Of a stretch of DNA of 64,000 nt, positions 45,506-57,881 are shown piece by piece; the stretch's first letter is position 1, and each line of letters starts with the position of its first letter. Source of the DNA: Flectonema sp. DT1601 (lineage: Eukaryota); the NCBI GenBank assembly GCA_964019425.1, contig OZ025783.1:1426001-1490000 (forward strand). Reading direction: 5' to 3'. Both the position numbers and the translations under genes were made by a program. Under the pieces are notes generated by a model. The model ran no database searches. It worked only from the letters and a program-made list of their open reading frames with translations, and was not told the origin of the DNA.

Positions 45506-46132
45506 ATGAGCTCTGTACCAGATTGGATGGTTGGTGTTTGGGAGAGAAAATACATCCAACGTGATGGCAAAGAGAAAGAAAGCACAACAACTGTTAGATA
45601 CATTCAAACAGGTGGTGAAGGTTTATTTTGTGACGTCAGAGACGGTGATGACGAAATGGCATTTTGTGGACAAACTGAATGGAAAGAACTGGAAAACAAT
45701 CTCCCAGAATTACACTGGCACGCTGTGATAACAACTGACGATAAAGAAGTATGCGATAGGGAGGCCTGGGAACAAATAATAAAAGGAACTCACACTACAC
45801 CAGACTTCGGTAAAGTAAAGAAGCTCTCAGCAGATCACTGGATGGAATACGGAGACGGCTACACAGAAGAATGGATTCGACACTGTCCACAAACTAATTG
45901 GTACGCAGCTACTCAACCAGGTCACGTTATTGCTTCTGTTGGTCCATACTTTGCGTATGCTACTAATACTACGATACCTCACTCCTATTGTTTTGGTGAG
46001 GTAAAGGATATGCGTATAACTCGTTCACTAAAAACATCATCATTCAAGGTTGGTGACATATTATCACCTCCTACAGATGGATGGAAGGTATCTGGTGGGA
46101 GCCGGACTCCATCTCCATTTAGTTTTTGTTAA
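45506..46132 (+). CDS. Hypothetical protein, possibly HRI1-like beta-barrel
   Basis: GVWERKYI...TTVRYIQT...FCDVR...AFCG...W...DFG...EYG..YTEEW.R resembles HRI1-like proteins (recalled pattern, unverified). Confidence 0.6.
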   Translation: MSSVPDWMVGVWERKYIQRDGKEKESTTTVRYIQTGGEGLFCDVRDGDDEMAFCGQTEWKELENNLPELHWHAVITTDDKEVCDREAWEQIIKGTHTTPDFGKVKKLSADHWMEYGDGYTEEWIRHCPQTNWYAATQPGHVIASVGPYFAYATNTTIPHSYCFGEVKDMRITRSLKTSSFKVGDILSPPTDGWKVSGGSRTPSPFSFC

Positions 46133-46502
46133 ACAATTCCAACATGAGTTGTGTGATATCTAATAAGGACAATATCATAGGATGTGATGAACTCAAGTCG
46201 AGCGCATTGTTTTTAATTAGCTGCTCCTGTCGCCTCTCCTTCCTGCCTGTTACCCACCTGTCCTCATTGGCAAATCCGCCGCTCTTTTTTCAGGATTTTC
46301 CTGCAATTCGGTCGTCGACTACACGTCACGGTTTACTGCGGAACTGGTTATTTTCCCAGAAATTTCTTTGTTGTTTTATTTATTTATTTTTTTTTTTTTA
46401 AAAGCAATTACCCTTTCTGCAACGGGTCATGGAAGGAAATACAAATATATCCGTGTGAATAAACATAATTAACCTTTTTTAAAGATTACAGGCAACTCAA
46501 AG

Positions 46503-47393
46503 ATGCCTAGGCAGCCTCCAACTGCTGCAATCCCAACAGAGGTGGCGACTACGGATGACATCCCACTTGGTGATCAATTATCGTACGATGCTTCAACGAT
46601 GGCACCATTCACAAGTGGTGCAATAAATTATAAACAAGTTTGGGGAGATGATGACGGTGATACTCCGCCGAAAGCAACAGAACCAACGATGAAGAATGCC
46701 TCATCAGAAACTATTCCGCAAAGTCATCAAACAAGGACATCTGAGATAGGAATAAACACAACTATTTCAGCAAAACCATTTACAGCACCTGCATATATGC
46801 ATGGTACTGGAGAAGCTCAGTCTGATGAATGGTGGGGTCAAGATCTATGCATGCAAGATGGGTTACTATCTCAGGCTACTAATCTTGATGACCTCCCCCC
46901 AGCCTTGACTGATGCAGTCAAGTCTGACAGCATTCTAACAGCACCAGCATTAGCAATGAGAGTAGTAACTGAATTAATGCGATCACAAGCTGAAGACGAC
47001 GCTCATCTTCACGCGTGTTGGAAGAGATTACCTGCGAATGCGATGCCGTGTCCAATTCCATCAGCCCTTCCGTTTCCATTATTAAGTCAAATGAACTCAC
47101 TTAATCCATACATGATGCCTACAATGTATCAGTCATCAAATATTATGGTTGGTGGACAGCCTGTTCAAGTATCAGCAGCACAGCATCAACAAAGTGCAAC
47201 TGAAGGAGAACCTGCGCAACCTGAACAACCAAAAAAGAGAAGAAGACGTAGACATCGTGGAAGAGGTCGTCGAGGTCGTGGAAGAAAAAAAACTGCTGAA
47301 GATGAAGAAGGTGAAGGTGAAGGTGAAGGTGATGTTGAAAACGATGAGCAAATAGATGATCTGTCTGGAGATGAACAACCACCTCTGCAGTAG
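46503..47393 (+). CDS. Hypothetical low-complexity protein with an Arg/Gly-rich basic tract and acidic tail
   Basis: 296-aa ORF after a ttacag acceptor. KKRRRRRHRGRGRRGRGRKK is followed by EDEEGEGEGEGD. Confidence 0.75.
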   Translation: MPRQPPTAAIPTEVATTDDIPLGDQLSYDASTMAPFTSGAINYKQVWGDDDGDTPPKATEPTMKNASSETIPQSHQTRTSEIGINTTISAKPFTAPAYMHGTGEAQSDEWWGQDLCMQDGLLSQATNLDDLPPALTDAVKSDSILTAPALAMRVVTELMRSQAEDDAHLHACWKRLPANAMPCPIPSALPFPLLSQMNSLNPYMMPTMYQSSNIMVGGQPVQVSAAQHQQSATEGEPAQPEQPKKRRRRRHRGRGRRGRGRKKTAEDEEGEGEGEGDVENDEQIDDLSGDEQPPLQ

Positions 47394-48487
47394 TCGACTC
47401 AACATAATTTATTGTAAGGTTAGTTTTGTTTAAAAAAGAAAAAGATTTTTATAGCATTCTTCGATACACTGATGAACGAATCACTACCACCAGGAAGCCA
47501 ATAAAGAAAGTATTAGCCGAAAGAATCAAATATACCCCTCCCTAATAAAAAAAGGAATAATACCACTAGGAGAGCCTGAGGGGGGGGGGAAGGGGGGGAC
47601 TCCCGGGGGGGAGAAAGGGAAACAGTGCTAACATACCCAACTTTTTAAACAAAAATCGAGAACGAGCTGTATAGGACGGTCCTGAGAATGTGTGGAAATA
47701 GTACCTCGGTATCTTACCTCCATAATCTATCACTCCCTTCGTGAATAAGTTTTGTTACTTTGTTAAGTGAGTCCCCTTAACAGCGTGCAGCTTCTCCTGC
47801 TCCCCTGTTTCGTGGTCGATTGACGTAACCACGAAGACCTGTTTTCCTTCCGTTATGCGTTCTGCTCTTATCTCGGTTGCACCTCGCTCGTTTCTCAATC
47901 TCTCTTTTTTTTTTTTTTTTTTTTTTTTTTTGTTATAAAAGTTTGTTAGGAGTTGGATCCGTCGAGTTCAGTAAACCAACTATGTCAATAATGTCGATGG
48001 GAAAGGAAAAAAAAAAAAAAAAAAAAAAGTGGAAAAAAAAAATCTTTTTTTTTAAGGAAAATACAAGAGAGAAAACTGACAACCAACCATACCCTTTTGC
48101 AAAGCATCTTAGAGAAGCGTAGATTTTTCTATCTTCATCTACGATTTCTTTATTCTAGCCTGTGTTTTTGCTTGTGGGGTGATGTTCTCATCATACTCTT
48201 GCTCTTTTTCCTAACCCCCCCTTTTTGACAACAACCAGAAGAGTAAGATATCAATATTTTTATTCATAAGAAAGCTATCAAGTAGTTTGTAATTGGTTTC
48301 ACTCTAACCAAATAATGTGATGAAACGATTCGCAGCGTTTCTTTAAACAGCTTACCTTAAGCTAAATGATTTGACTGTGATCAGACACCGTGAGATTGTG
48401 TATAGAAGAAAGTGATCAAATTTAAAAAGAAATACAAAAGTTACAGCAATGTTTTCTTTAAGTACCTCATCTTAAAGCTCGCAACAC

Positions 48488-49330
48488 ATGTCACGATGTC
48501 CCATCATTCTCAGAGGGAATGGAAAAACGCAAATAAGTAATGCTCTGATTACTTGCGTCACTTTAGACATTACAGGTACGCTAACAAAGCTGAAAACTGA
48601 TGTTGCATCGGCTTACTGTGATGCTGGTCGTTGGGTTGGGATTAGTGTTTCTGAAGATGAGATGAAAAAAGGATTCAGAGCAGCATTTAAAGAAGGACTT
48701 CAAAAATATCCCTGCTTCACAGGACAAGAACAGCTCTCTGACAGAAGCTGGTGGAAATACACCGTCAGGCGTTCGTTCGAAAATTGCGGATGCCAGTTTT
48801 CAGGAAAAACCGGCGAGGTACTATTCGACAGATTATTTCTCCGAGTCTACCAACACTTTGCTACCGATGATGGATATGAATTATACTCAGATGTAAAACC
48901 TTTCATTACATGGTGTAAGGAACAAGGACTACTACTCGGAATTATAAGTAATAACGTAACTAGGATAGTTGATACAACATTACCAATGTTGGGAGTGCAT
49001 AAATATTTTGATTTCTTTGTTGTGTCACAAGAGGTTGGTTATGAGAAACCATCACCAGAAATATTTCAATCCGCACTTACAATTTCACAAACAATTGAGC
49101 CATCTATCCTTCCTAAAAATATTCTTCACATTGGAGATAATTATGTTACTGATTACTGCGGTTCAAGATCATTTGGAATGCAGTCTCTTTTTCTTGATAG
49201 AAACCATCAGCATCTACATCACCAAGACTGGTTAGTAGCGCCTCCTTATGAGGGAAAAACAGATACTGAGCACCTCCCCTTCACGATTAAACAATTAACT
49301 GATGCTTTTTCATTGTGTAAAAATGCATAA
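48488..49330 (+). CDS. HAD-superfamily hydrolase (HDHD3-like)
   Basis: Motif I VTLDITGTL, motif II GIISN, motif III EKPSPEIF, motif IV HIGDNYVTDY.GSRSFGM. Confidence 0.9.
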   Translation: MSRCPIILRGNGKTQISNALITCVTLDITGTLTKLKTDVASAYCDAGRWVGISVSEDEMKKGFRAAFKEGLQKYPCFTGQEQLSDRSWWKYTVRRSFENCGCQFSGKTGEVLFDRLFLRVYQHFATDDGYELYSDVKPFITWCKEQGLLLGIISNNVTRIVDTTLPMLGVHKYFDFFVVSQEVGYEKPSPEIFQSALTISQTIEPSILPKNILHIGDNYVTDYCGSRSFGMQSLFLDRNHQHLHHQDWLVAPPYEGKTDTEHLPFTIKQLTDAFSLCKNA

Positions 49331-49471
49331 AGAGTATATATATATATATTTTAAAACGATAAAATCAATAAAGTTCACTAGAGTTAACAAATCATATTGT
49401 TCAGCGTTTCCTCCCCATTCCCCCCTCATAAACAATGGGATGAATTACATTGTAGTGGGATCAAAAAAAAA

Positions 49472-52201
49472 ATGGATGAGACGTGGTGGACTGCTGCATT
49501 CTTTTTAGTGTGGTTCTTAACAACATGTACAGTCTTTATTATTGTTATTATTGATGATGGTGATACCGTACCAATGATTATATTAGGACAAGGATGCATT
49601 TCTCCAGCAGCAGCTTTAGTTGTCGCTTTTATATCTCCCAGTAAGATTCATCTGCTGGGAGTAGGTGTTGCGGTACATACATTCGCTACATCACAATTAT
49701 TGCTTTACTTAGTTGGTGGAACAGAGTGTCTTGGTATGATTATTATATCAACTTTATTGTCAATTTCATGTATGTCTGCTAGCAAGAAACTATCAATGTT
49801 GATGGGACTCACTACCGTTACGTCACTTATTGCTTCTCAAGTATTGGGTGATAGTGTAAAATCATATAAGAATATTCCAGAGACTGCGAATACTTTACTA
49901 TCAGTTGGTGCTTTTGTTATTGCGATGCTGCATGCCTACTCAGATCCAACACTCACATCTGTTGATAGTTTTACCAAGGATATGTCGTCAAGGGAGAGCA
50001 TACGATTCGGTGCTGAAAATGTCCGAAAACCCGTTAGTGACACTGTTTTAGACAAAGTAAGAACGGTGTTTGATACACCTGGAGGATCACCAGAATCAGA
50101 ATTCACTGCAAAACCTGAAGAAAATATTGAAAACCTGACAAAAGCTGAAGAGTTCAGTGAGCCAGAGAGTACCGGAACACACGTTCTAAAACCTCCTGCC
50201 GTTTGTGATGTTGTTGGTCCCAAAACAAAAGATTTAGGTGTGAAAGATTTAGGTGATAGTTATGGAACATTATTATCAGTGTCGATACCTATTCAGATTT
50301 CTTGTGATTTGCCACCACCACTACCGCTGCCACTACCTCTAACACTACCACCGCTTAGTAATGCTGTGGCTAATAGTGGAGTACCTCAATTGGGTTTTGT
50401 GCTGTCACCATTGTCAAAAAGTGCAACCAGTCCGATGGATGTTGTGAAGAGATCACAATCTCTTCCTTTAATGTCAAAAGTATTCAGTCCTAACAACACG
50501 ATATCATCTACATCATCTCGTAAACAAGATCTTCTTTCCTCAACATCAACAACATTATGCAGCCGTTGTAGCAATCCAAGGACTAAGTACTGCAGTGAAA
50601 CAGGAGATTCACACACTCAGTTCCAATCCACACCTGTAAAGGGCAGAAGTCGCGTTCGGCTACAAAGCACGATGGGGGTAAATACAACAAGTGGAGTTCG
50701 TCTTATAAAGAAAACTATGCATTGGAAAAGAGGAGATATGATAGGTCAGGGGGGATTCGGAAAAGTTCATATTGGACTCAATGTGGAAACAGGTGAACTG
50801 ATGGCAGTGAAAAACATCGAATTCCGCTCCGCTGATAAAAACATCGCTCAAAAGATACGACAACTTCAAAATGAAATTGAAATAATGAGGCCTCTGAACC
50901 ATTCTCATATCGTAAGATATTTCTTTATGGAAAAAGTCGAACGAGGAATTGGATTAGGAGCCTCCATAAACATATTTATGGAATACGTTCCTGGCGGTTC
51001 AATTCAAAAATTACTTTCATCAATAGGTCCTCTCGGTGAAACAACTGTTGTCCAATATACCTATCAAATATTAGTCGGACTTGCTCATTTACATTCGAAG
51101 GGAATTATTCACAGAGACATAAAGGGAGCGAACATCCTTCTGACCGTCGAGGGGTTGATTAAATTAGCTGACTTTGGAGCTTCGGTATTGGTGGAAAAAA
51201 AGGGAATGAAGGATTTGAAAAATGATGTTCAAGGAACACCGTACTGGATGGCACCAGAGGTATTGACGGAAAAAGGTCATAATTGGGAAGCTGATATATG
51301 GTCGTTGGGTTGTACGGTTTTGGAAATGCTGACGGCTCAGCATCCATGGCATCATCTTGGTTTGAGTCAAGTTCAGATTCTAAACTACATTATTGATAAT
51401 GATAAAAAGATAACCATTCCTGATACCATCACGTCAACATCTGCGATGTTCTTAAAAGACTGTTTAACGAGAGATCCATCTCTCAGACCAACAGCTCAAC
51501 TCCTCGTCGAACATCATTATTTCTTAGAAGACGCTGATGACATAACTCGAGAAGTAGAAAACAGAAGAAAACTAAGCAGAGATCAAGGGTCTGTTAGAAG
51601 CAGACAGTGTTCTCTCGCATCTGTTTTCTCAGGTGGTGGCATTAGCCCAATTGATTCTCCAGAAGAAATTCCAAGAAAATGCAAAGATTTTGGAATAGCC
51701 AGCATGTGTAGTTCAACTGCTCCAGCACAAAGCATAATGTCAGCGGCTTCTCTTATGTCACCTCGTGGTGCTTTTGGTGCTCAGATAAGAAGTTCTCCTC
51801 ATTTAGGATGTGCATCCCCACGTCATTCTCGTATTACTTCTCAAAGTAGTTTAATGTCAAGTGATTGGCCTTCGGTAAGATCATCAATGCAGACAAATGG
51901 AAAAATATTTCAAAAACAACGAATGAATTTAGCTGAGCCAGAACCAACACCCACAATAGAAGACGTCATCTCATGTACAGCGGAATATGATCCGGCAGCT
52001 GAGTTAAATAAGTGGGAGAGGGTACGGACGTCATTCCAACGAGAAGATTCAAAACTTAAATTTTCACTTGGTCTGATTAGTGAAGCATCCACACCACTAT
52101 CCGTTCCAAGGAGGAGTTCTCCTATTCATCCTGGTTCTTTTAGGAAACATACACGAAAGATACATCGAGATGACTCGATTATGAGTGGTTTGTCTATCTG
52201 A
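49472..52201 (+). CDS. STE11/MEKK-type MAP kinase kinase kinase with an N-terminal multi-pass membrane region
   Basis: WKRGDMIGQGGFGKVHIGLN..TGELMAVK, IFMEYVPGGSI, HRDIKGANIL, KLADFGAS, GTPYWMAPE, ADIWSLGCTVLEM. The first ~155 aa contain 5-6 hydrophobic segments. First ATG is at 49472. Confidence 0.93.
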   Translation: MDETWWTAAFFLVWFLTTCTVFIIVIIDDGDTVPMIILGQGCISPAAALVVAFISPSKIHLLGVGVAVHTFATSQLLLYLVGGTECLGMIIISTLLSISCMSASKKLSMLMGLTTVTSLIASQVLGDSVKSYKNIPETANTLLSVGAFVIAMLHAYSDPTLTSVDSFTKDMSSRESIRFGAENVRKPVSDTVLDKVRTVFDTPGGSPESEFTAKPEENIENLTKAEEFSEPESTGTHVLKPPAVCDVVGPKTKDLGVKDLGDSYGTLLSVSIPIQISCDLPPPLPLPLPLTLPPLSNAVANSGVPQLGFVLSPLSKSATSPMDVVKRSQSLPLMSKVFSPNNTISSTSSRKQDLLSSTSTTLCSRCSNPRTKYCSETGDSHTQFQSTPVKGRSRVRLQSTMGVNTTSGVRLIKKTMHWKRGDMIGQGGFGKVHIGLNVETGELMAVKNIEFRSADKNIAQKIRQLQNEIEIMRPLNHSHIVRYFFMEKVERGIGLGASINIFMEYVPGGSIQKLLSSIGPLGETTVVQYTYQILVGLAHLHSKGIIHRDIKGANILLTVEGLIKLADFGASVLVEKKGMKDLKNDVQGTPYWMAPEVLTEKGHNWEADIWSLGCTVLEMLTAQHPWHHLGLSQVQILNYIIDNDKKITIPDTITSTSAMFLKDCLTRDPSLRPTAQLLVEHHYFLEDADDITREVENRRKLSRDQGSVRSRQCSLASVFSGGGISPIDSPEEIPRKCKDFGIASMCSSTAPAQSIMSAASLMSPRGAFGAQIRSSPHLGCASPRHSRITSQSSLMSSDWPSVRSSMQTNGKIFQKQRMNLAEPEPTPTIEDVISCTAEYDPAAELNKWERVRTSFQREDSKLKFSLGLISEASTPLSVPRRSSPIHPGSFRKHTRKIHRDDSIMSGLSI

Positions 52202-53432
52202 TTTGATGATGTGAGTGTAACTTGTCTTTTTTGTTGTGTTTTATACTTTTTTTTGTTTCTTATTTGTTTAATTAGTGTGCATAAGTAGTCTTGACAGATA
52301 GCTTAAATTATCTGCTGATGATGCCACCAAGTCGAACTGTCGTCTATTACAGAACCTTGAGTTGCAAAGTGTGTTGAAGTTTCTGATTTCAGCGACTATT
52401 GACCACATGAAATGGGTATTATTTTTTGTACCCCACTGAGAAAAAGTCGTGACAACCTAACCTATTCCTTTATAAGGATTTTGCATCGGTTGTGCACAAA
52501 AAAAAAAAGAAAAAAATTATTGGTAAAAAAATAAAAGGCAGGGTTTGGCCGATTATTATTATTATTTTTCTTTTGGGTTCTTTGATTCTGTTAGCTTAAA
52601 GTTATAAAACCGAAAGTTCGGCTCACACACCACATGCCAAGTCTAAGCGTGTCGTTGCCTGTAGAAAGTATGATGAGCGTCTCACTTAATCGTACTTTGT
52701 TGTTGTGTGAGGTTCGTAGTAAGCAACTCTTGGGATTTGCTGCTACAGGAATTATTCTTGTGAGGACAAAAAAAAACCCACGAAAATAAATTCCAGACCA
52801 AGGAATTTTTTTTTTTTTTTTTTTACTTTTTTTTGCTAAAAAAGCAGTCTAGTGAGAAAACTTCTTTTTTTCACGAGAATATCCCCCTTCACGAGACTTT
52901 ATCTATTCTACAGTACAATACACTTTTTTTTTTTTTTTTTTTTTTTTGCGAAGTAATAATGAGTTTCTATATCACATTACTAACTTAACAAAACATTTCT
53001 CACATTTTATTTTTTGACTGCTTGCAAAGCCTAATACTAACACTACACGTGCTGACCCATCTTTTAGAGAGCTATGATTGACGGTAATAAATCGGTTCTT
53101 TTGATATAAATAATTAATCAAAAAAACTGGAATGAAGCCCTAAGAGGGAACACAGAGTATAAGATTTAGGTTTGAGTAGAACATGCTGAGTCTTAGTATG
53201 AATATTGACGAAAACTATGTTCCTGAATCTACGAAAGAATGATGAGAAAGGGCAATGTGACCTTTTTTTTTTCTTTATTTTATTTTTTTTTTTCCTTTGA
53301 TTTAGTACGCTATTTTTATATAACAATAAATTAAAAACAAAACCTCATACTCTAAACTAACTAACGTAACAGACGTGTGATAACACGTGATCCACTTATT
53401 CAGTCGGTTCCTTTGCTGAGAAGGGCAAACGC

Positions 53433-53536
53433 GATGAGTAGGACAGGCCTGACACCGCAGTGTCCCCCTAACTTTCTTCGCTGTAGAGGGCTTTAGCCCG
53501 AAACCAAACTATTATTTGTTTGTTGTTCCTAGCGAA
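53433..53536 (+). repeat. Dispersed, internally deleted copy of array-spacer segment 20961-21094
   Basis: gatgagtaggacaggcctgacaccgcagt is identical; tttcttcgctg.agagggct and ttagcccgaaac...ttgtttgttgt are shared; about 38 bp are missing in the middle. Confidence 0.85.
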
Positions 53537-55823
53537 TTTTTTTTTTTGAAATTTTTGAAAATTTTTTGATGAACCTGATAAATATTAATACTAGCATAGC
53601 GTGTGATGACACGTAACTCTACTAAAATTGACTACTAATCGTACGTGTGATAACACGTGTGAGCCTTGATGTTTTTTTCTTAATGGGCATCTTGCTTAAA
53701 CATATGGTGGTTTTCACTTTTTTTGCCAGCTAGTCTATAAAGGACTTTTTTTTACTTTGGCTTTTTTTTTCTTTTTGATACCATCACTATTTTATATACT
53801 TTGTACAGTTGTCATATCTTTTTTTTTTTCTCCCCTGCCCCTCACTACTCCATTCCACCACTAGTAGTGCGCTACGAACACAAATAAAAAAGTAACTACA
53901 CTCCAAACTTGTTGGTTAGAGTGTTTCAATCGATTTTCGACTGACTTAAGTTACGCCATACTGATGGAGGGAAGTATGGATTACTCTCGATACCTAATAG
54001 TTGCTTTAAAAAAGGCTAAGATAAACGGTTAACAGGTTTGTTAAATTATCGTTTTTATGTTACGATTCTATAAAGTTGGTTTTACAAAGAAAAAAAAAAG
54101 AAAAAAAAACATGCGTTGCTTTAAACATGTTTTCGAATCTTTTTTTTTTTTTTTTTTTTTTTTTTTCCCCCATAACCACCTTGCGAGATACTATGAAACG
54201 CACCCATACGGACCGGCCTGTGTTTGACAGCATTTCCCAGTTGCGTTGTGAGTGCTTTGTTTTGTGGTTAATCTTTTCACCTATTATATCCCTGCCCTCC
54301 CTTTTTTTTTTTTTTTTTTTTTTTTGCCGGCATTCTCGAAACGCAACACCACTGTGATCGTTTTGCCACAAAAATTTCACTGCGTGAAAAAAAAAGGAAT
54401 GGGAGGAAAAAAAAAGGGAGAAAAAAAAAAATACAATTAGTTTTTCGGCTTTATAAATGCCAGATGTTTGTATTTTTTTTTTTTTTTTTTTTGTCTTAAT
54501 AATTCCCTTAAGTATTTTATTGTTCGTTAACTTTTAGCGGTTTCACGTAGTTTTATATTAATAAGCTGCTACGTTTAAATTCGGGGCAAGGTGGGACAGT
54601 AGTAACCTTAGACTACAAGTAATGTTGTAGCCGTCGGTTGCTTATTATGAACGTTAATTCTCATTCTTTCCCTGCAGATCTGATCTCACTTGTTGCTTGT
54701 ATACTGAAGAGATGATTCGGCAAGATGATCTTTTTGTATTTTAACTATTTATTTTTACTATTTTAAAAGTTCTCTTCACCTTGCGCTTAGTTCTTTGCTG
54801 AGTAGAATGATACAAAAGGACTTCAAAATACGTGTTGTAGTGCGAGAATGATGTTGGTTGCTTGTAATTATTAATTATTTTGTTCATTTTTTTTTTTAAA
54901 AAAATCAAACTCATTACCTCTCTAAACTAGAGGTCAGTGAGTCGAATCCCTTCGCTCTTAGCGGGGAAATGTTGATGAGTCCGAAATGACCAAAAGCAAT
55001 AGAAATCTGATAATAAGCTGCACAGAGATCTTCCTTTTGCACTAAAGATGCAAAAAAAAAAAAAAAAAAAGAAGAATTCTGACAGCAGTTTTTTTTTCTC
55101 TTATACCTTCTCAAAATATCTTTTTTACGGTTCAACGGTGAGTCATTCTATTCCCTCTCCCCGTCTTGTTATTATTTATTAAAAAAGCTGCCGTAGGAAA
55201 GATGCTCAAATATGTTCACGTGGCTTCCGACGGTATTCTATTTTAGGGCTTGTTCTTTTAGTTTTTCAAAAGAGAAAAAAAAGAAAAAAAAAAAAGAGAA
55301 GAGTATCAACTTACCTTTGTTCGTTCCCACGATGTTCAGAGTATTTTCACTACTTTTCTAAGTGTGAAGAGAGCAGACATTGTCGTGTGTGTGTGTTTTT
55401 TTTTTTTTTTTTTTTTTTAAATTCTTTGTTAGCTTTTCGTAAGGTGATCAGAAAGAAATGATGCGGTCAAGAAGACTCACCCTGTTCTTATCTACTATTA
55501 TTGAAATGTTTAATGTGGAAAGATGAAAAGCCAGTCAGGTGTAGTTTGGCTTAGTTTTAACCTATCCTAAAAAATGATGTGAGGGAAAAGCAGAGTTTTT
55601 TTTTTTTTTTTTTTGAATTATTTTTTATTATTATTCGTTTACGCGATATTAACTAAAGAATTCAAAAAAACCTCTTCATTCTAAACACAGCCATCCATGC
55701 TGCTATGTTATAATCTTCTTCTGAAACGGCTACGGATCGGGTCCTCTGTTGCTGAGAGTCACCCTACCGTACTTATAAAATACAACAAAGTTAGATTATA
55801 TACCTAACTTCTACAGTTACATA

Positions 55824-57881
55824 ATGAATAGTGACTATGAAAGGGGGGCTATGACATTGCGTGAATCCTCGTGTAGGAGACAACTCGAACTCGAAGAGAG
55901 AAAAACAAGAACGGTCCTGATGAGCATGTCGACCCGAGAAAGTATCGTTCTCGGAGCTGAGGCAACTATAATGTCAAAAACATCAGTGCGGATGCAAAGT
56001 GAACTATCTGAGGCTGCTGAGAGAATCGGCAGGCTACAGAGAGCTGCTGATTTGAGTTTTTTTCAATCCTTCGATACCTACAGCAAGCAACTGACATTAA
56101 TTAAGAATAGCTTCACTTCAGAATACCTCCAAGTGAACGAATCATCAAACAGAATCAATATCGAAAAAATCGAACATTCGATAATAGAAACCGCACGCAA
56201 AGCTTTACTATTCCAACATATTCTACCCCTTCAGCTTGCAGCACGCAGATGGGCTGCAAGAAAAACACGCATAAAACTGATAATGGCTAAGTTACAAAAC
56301 TTAACAACTACTGTAGAACCGTATTATAGAATTCTTATGGAGGAGGATATCAATAGAGAAAGAGAGGTGTTTTATGAAGGGGGGAAGAGGGTTTTGATGA
56401 GATTTATTTTTGATTCAAAAAATATTATTTTATCGGAAGAAAGTGTCCGACAGAATCTGTTTTACAATACCACAATCCCGTTAATTCGAAATGCTGAACC
56501 ATTCCTCAGAGAGGTATTCACATCATCTGAAAACTTTGTGAGATTGGTGACGTATCTTGAGATTTCTGTCATGACTGAGAATGAAAATATAAAAAAAAAT
56601 GAAAATCACTGTTTTGTTATTCTCAAAAAGCAACATACTGAATCATCTGACCGAAACTCACTTATAAAGAGTGAATCAGCATCGTATAGTATCTTGGCTA
56701 TTTTGGAAGAAAGCAACAGGAAGTTTGTTTATAGTAATGTCGATAGAAAGGAAAAATTAAAAAAATTGTTTGAGAAGCTCAGTTCTTCTGAAGAGATTTC
56801 TAGGCGTCAAATTAACGAGTCTCAGAATTTTCATAGCCTGATCATTGATGAGGAAAGTGAACGAATACTCACTATTACTAAACAGAGTATAGAATACATC
56901 ACTTTCACGCAATCAAAAGAAGCAATTCAACGATCATTCACACAGCAGTGTCATTTCTTTGAACTTTACTTGATGTTGGTTAAAAGGGAATTGGGTATTT
57001 TATTTATTGAATTTTTGTTTGAAAATGGAAATGTCTTTGTTGAATATTCACCAACCAGAAAACTAATAATCAACACAAGCGATCAATTAACGATGCATTA
57101 TAAAGAGAGTTTTGACAGATTTGGTGTTCTAAATTCTGAAACTGAATCGATGTTGTCATTAGTAAACACGTTAGAACATATCAACCGTGTTCTCACGACA
57201 ACAAACGAGGGAACTGCATTCTGTTGTATTCAAGAATGCTTTAAAAGGGAACTTCTCAAAGACAAGCGTCAAACAGACTTAAAACAATACTCCTATTCCA
57301 AACACTTATCAGGGTATACCGTGCTTCTTAAAACTTGTCTTCAGTTAGACGAACGTCACCGAAAACAATTATTATCTCACAGAGATAGAACCATGGAAGT
57401 CCTCCTGATTTGCTGTGAGTACGGTAAGAGTTTTATTGAGTCTCGTGAAACAGTCGTATCTCAGGAATCTAACGTCAGACGTGATGTGCAATTATCTGAA
57501 GATTCGTTTTTTAGTAGTTTAGTGTGGAATGAGAAAACTGGTTTTTATGTTCATAGTATCTCTTTGTTTCATAAATTGCAAGATGACCTTCTTCATGTTT
57601 TGTGTTCAGATGAAGCTCAGTCGTTTAAATATATCCGATTATCAAATAATTCTGAACTGGCGAAACTTAGAAACCATTTTGCGATTCGAATTCAAAAGTG
57701 GTTTCGAGGTGTTATTGCTCGTCAGTTTACATCGGAGTTAAAACATCAACGAGAGCAGGTTATTGAAGGCTATGAACGAATTCAACTGCTACATTACTCT
57801 TCCATAATGATCCAGAAATGCTGGAGATCGTACATAAGCAGACAAACATTCGGAGAGCTTGTTGGTGCTGAAGATATTTAA
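55824..57881 (+). CDS. IQ-motif (calmodulin-binding) helical protein
   Basis: AIRIQKWFRGVIARQ, SIMIQKCWRSYISRQ and LQLAARRWAARK, plus repeated E...R..I...E helical motifs. Confidence 0.8.
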   Translation: MNSDYERGAMTLRESSCRRQLELEERKTRTVLMSMSTRESIVLGAEATIMSKTSVRMQSELSEAAERIGRLQRAADLSFFQSFDTYSKQLTLIKNSFTSEYLQVNESSNRINIEKIEHSIIETARKALLFQHILPLQLAARRWAARKTRIKLIMAKLQNLTTTVEPYYRILMEEDINREREVFYEGGKRVLMRFIFDSKNIILSEESVRQNLFYNTTIPLIRNAEPFLREVFTSSENFVRLVTYLEISVMTENENIKKNENHCFVILKKQHTESSDRNSLIKSESASYSILAILEESNRKFVYSNVDRKEKLKKLFEKLSSSEEISRRQINESQNFHSLIIDEESERILTITKQSIEYITFTQSKEAIQRSFTQQCHFFELYLMLVKRELGILFIEFLFENGNVFVEYSPTRKLIINTSDQLTMHYKESFDRFGVLNSETESMLSLVNTLEHINRVLTTTNEGTAFCCIQECFKRELLKDKRQTDLKQYSYSKHLSGYTVLLKTCLQLDERHRKQLLSHRDRTMEVLLICCEYGKSFIESRETVVSQESNVRRDVQLSEDSFFSSLVWNEKTGFYVHSISLFHKLQDDLLHVLCSDEAQSFKYIRLSNNSELAKLRNHFAIRIQKWFRGVIARQFTSELKHQREQVIEGYERIQLLHYSSIMIQKCWRSYISRQTFGELVGAEDI

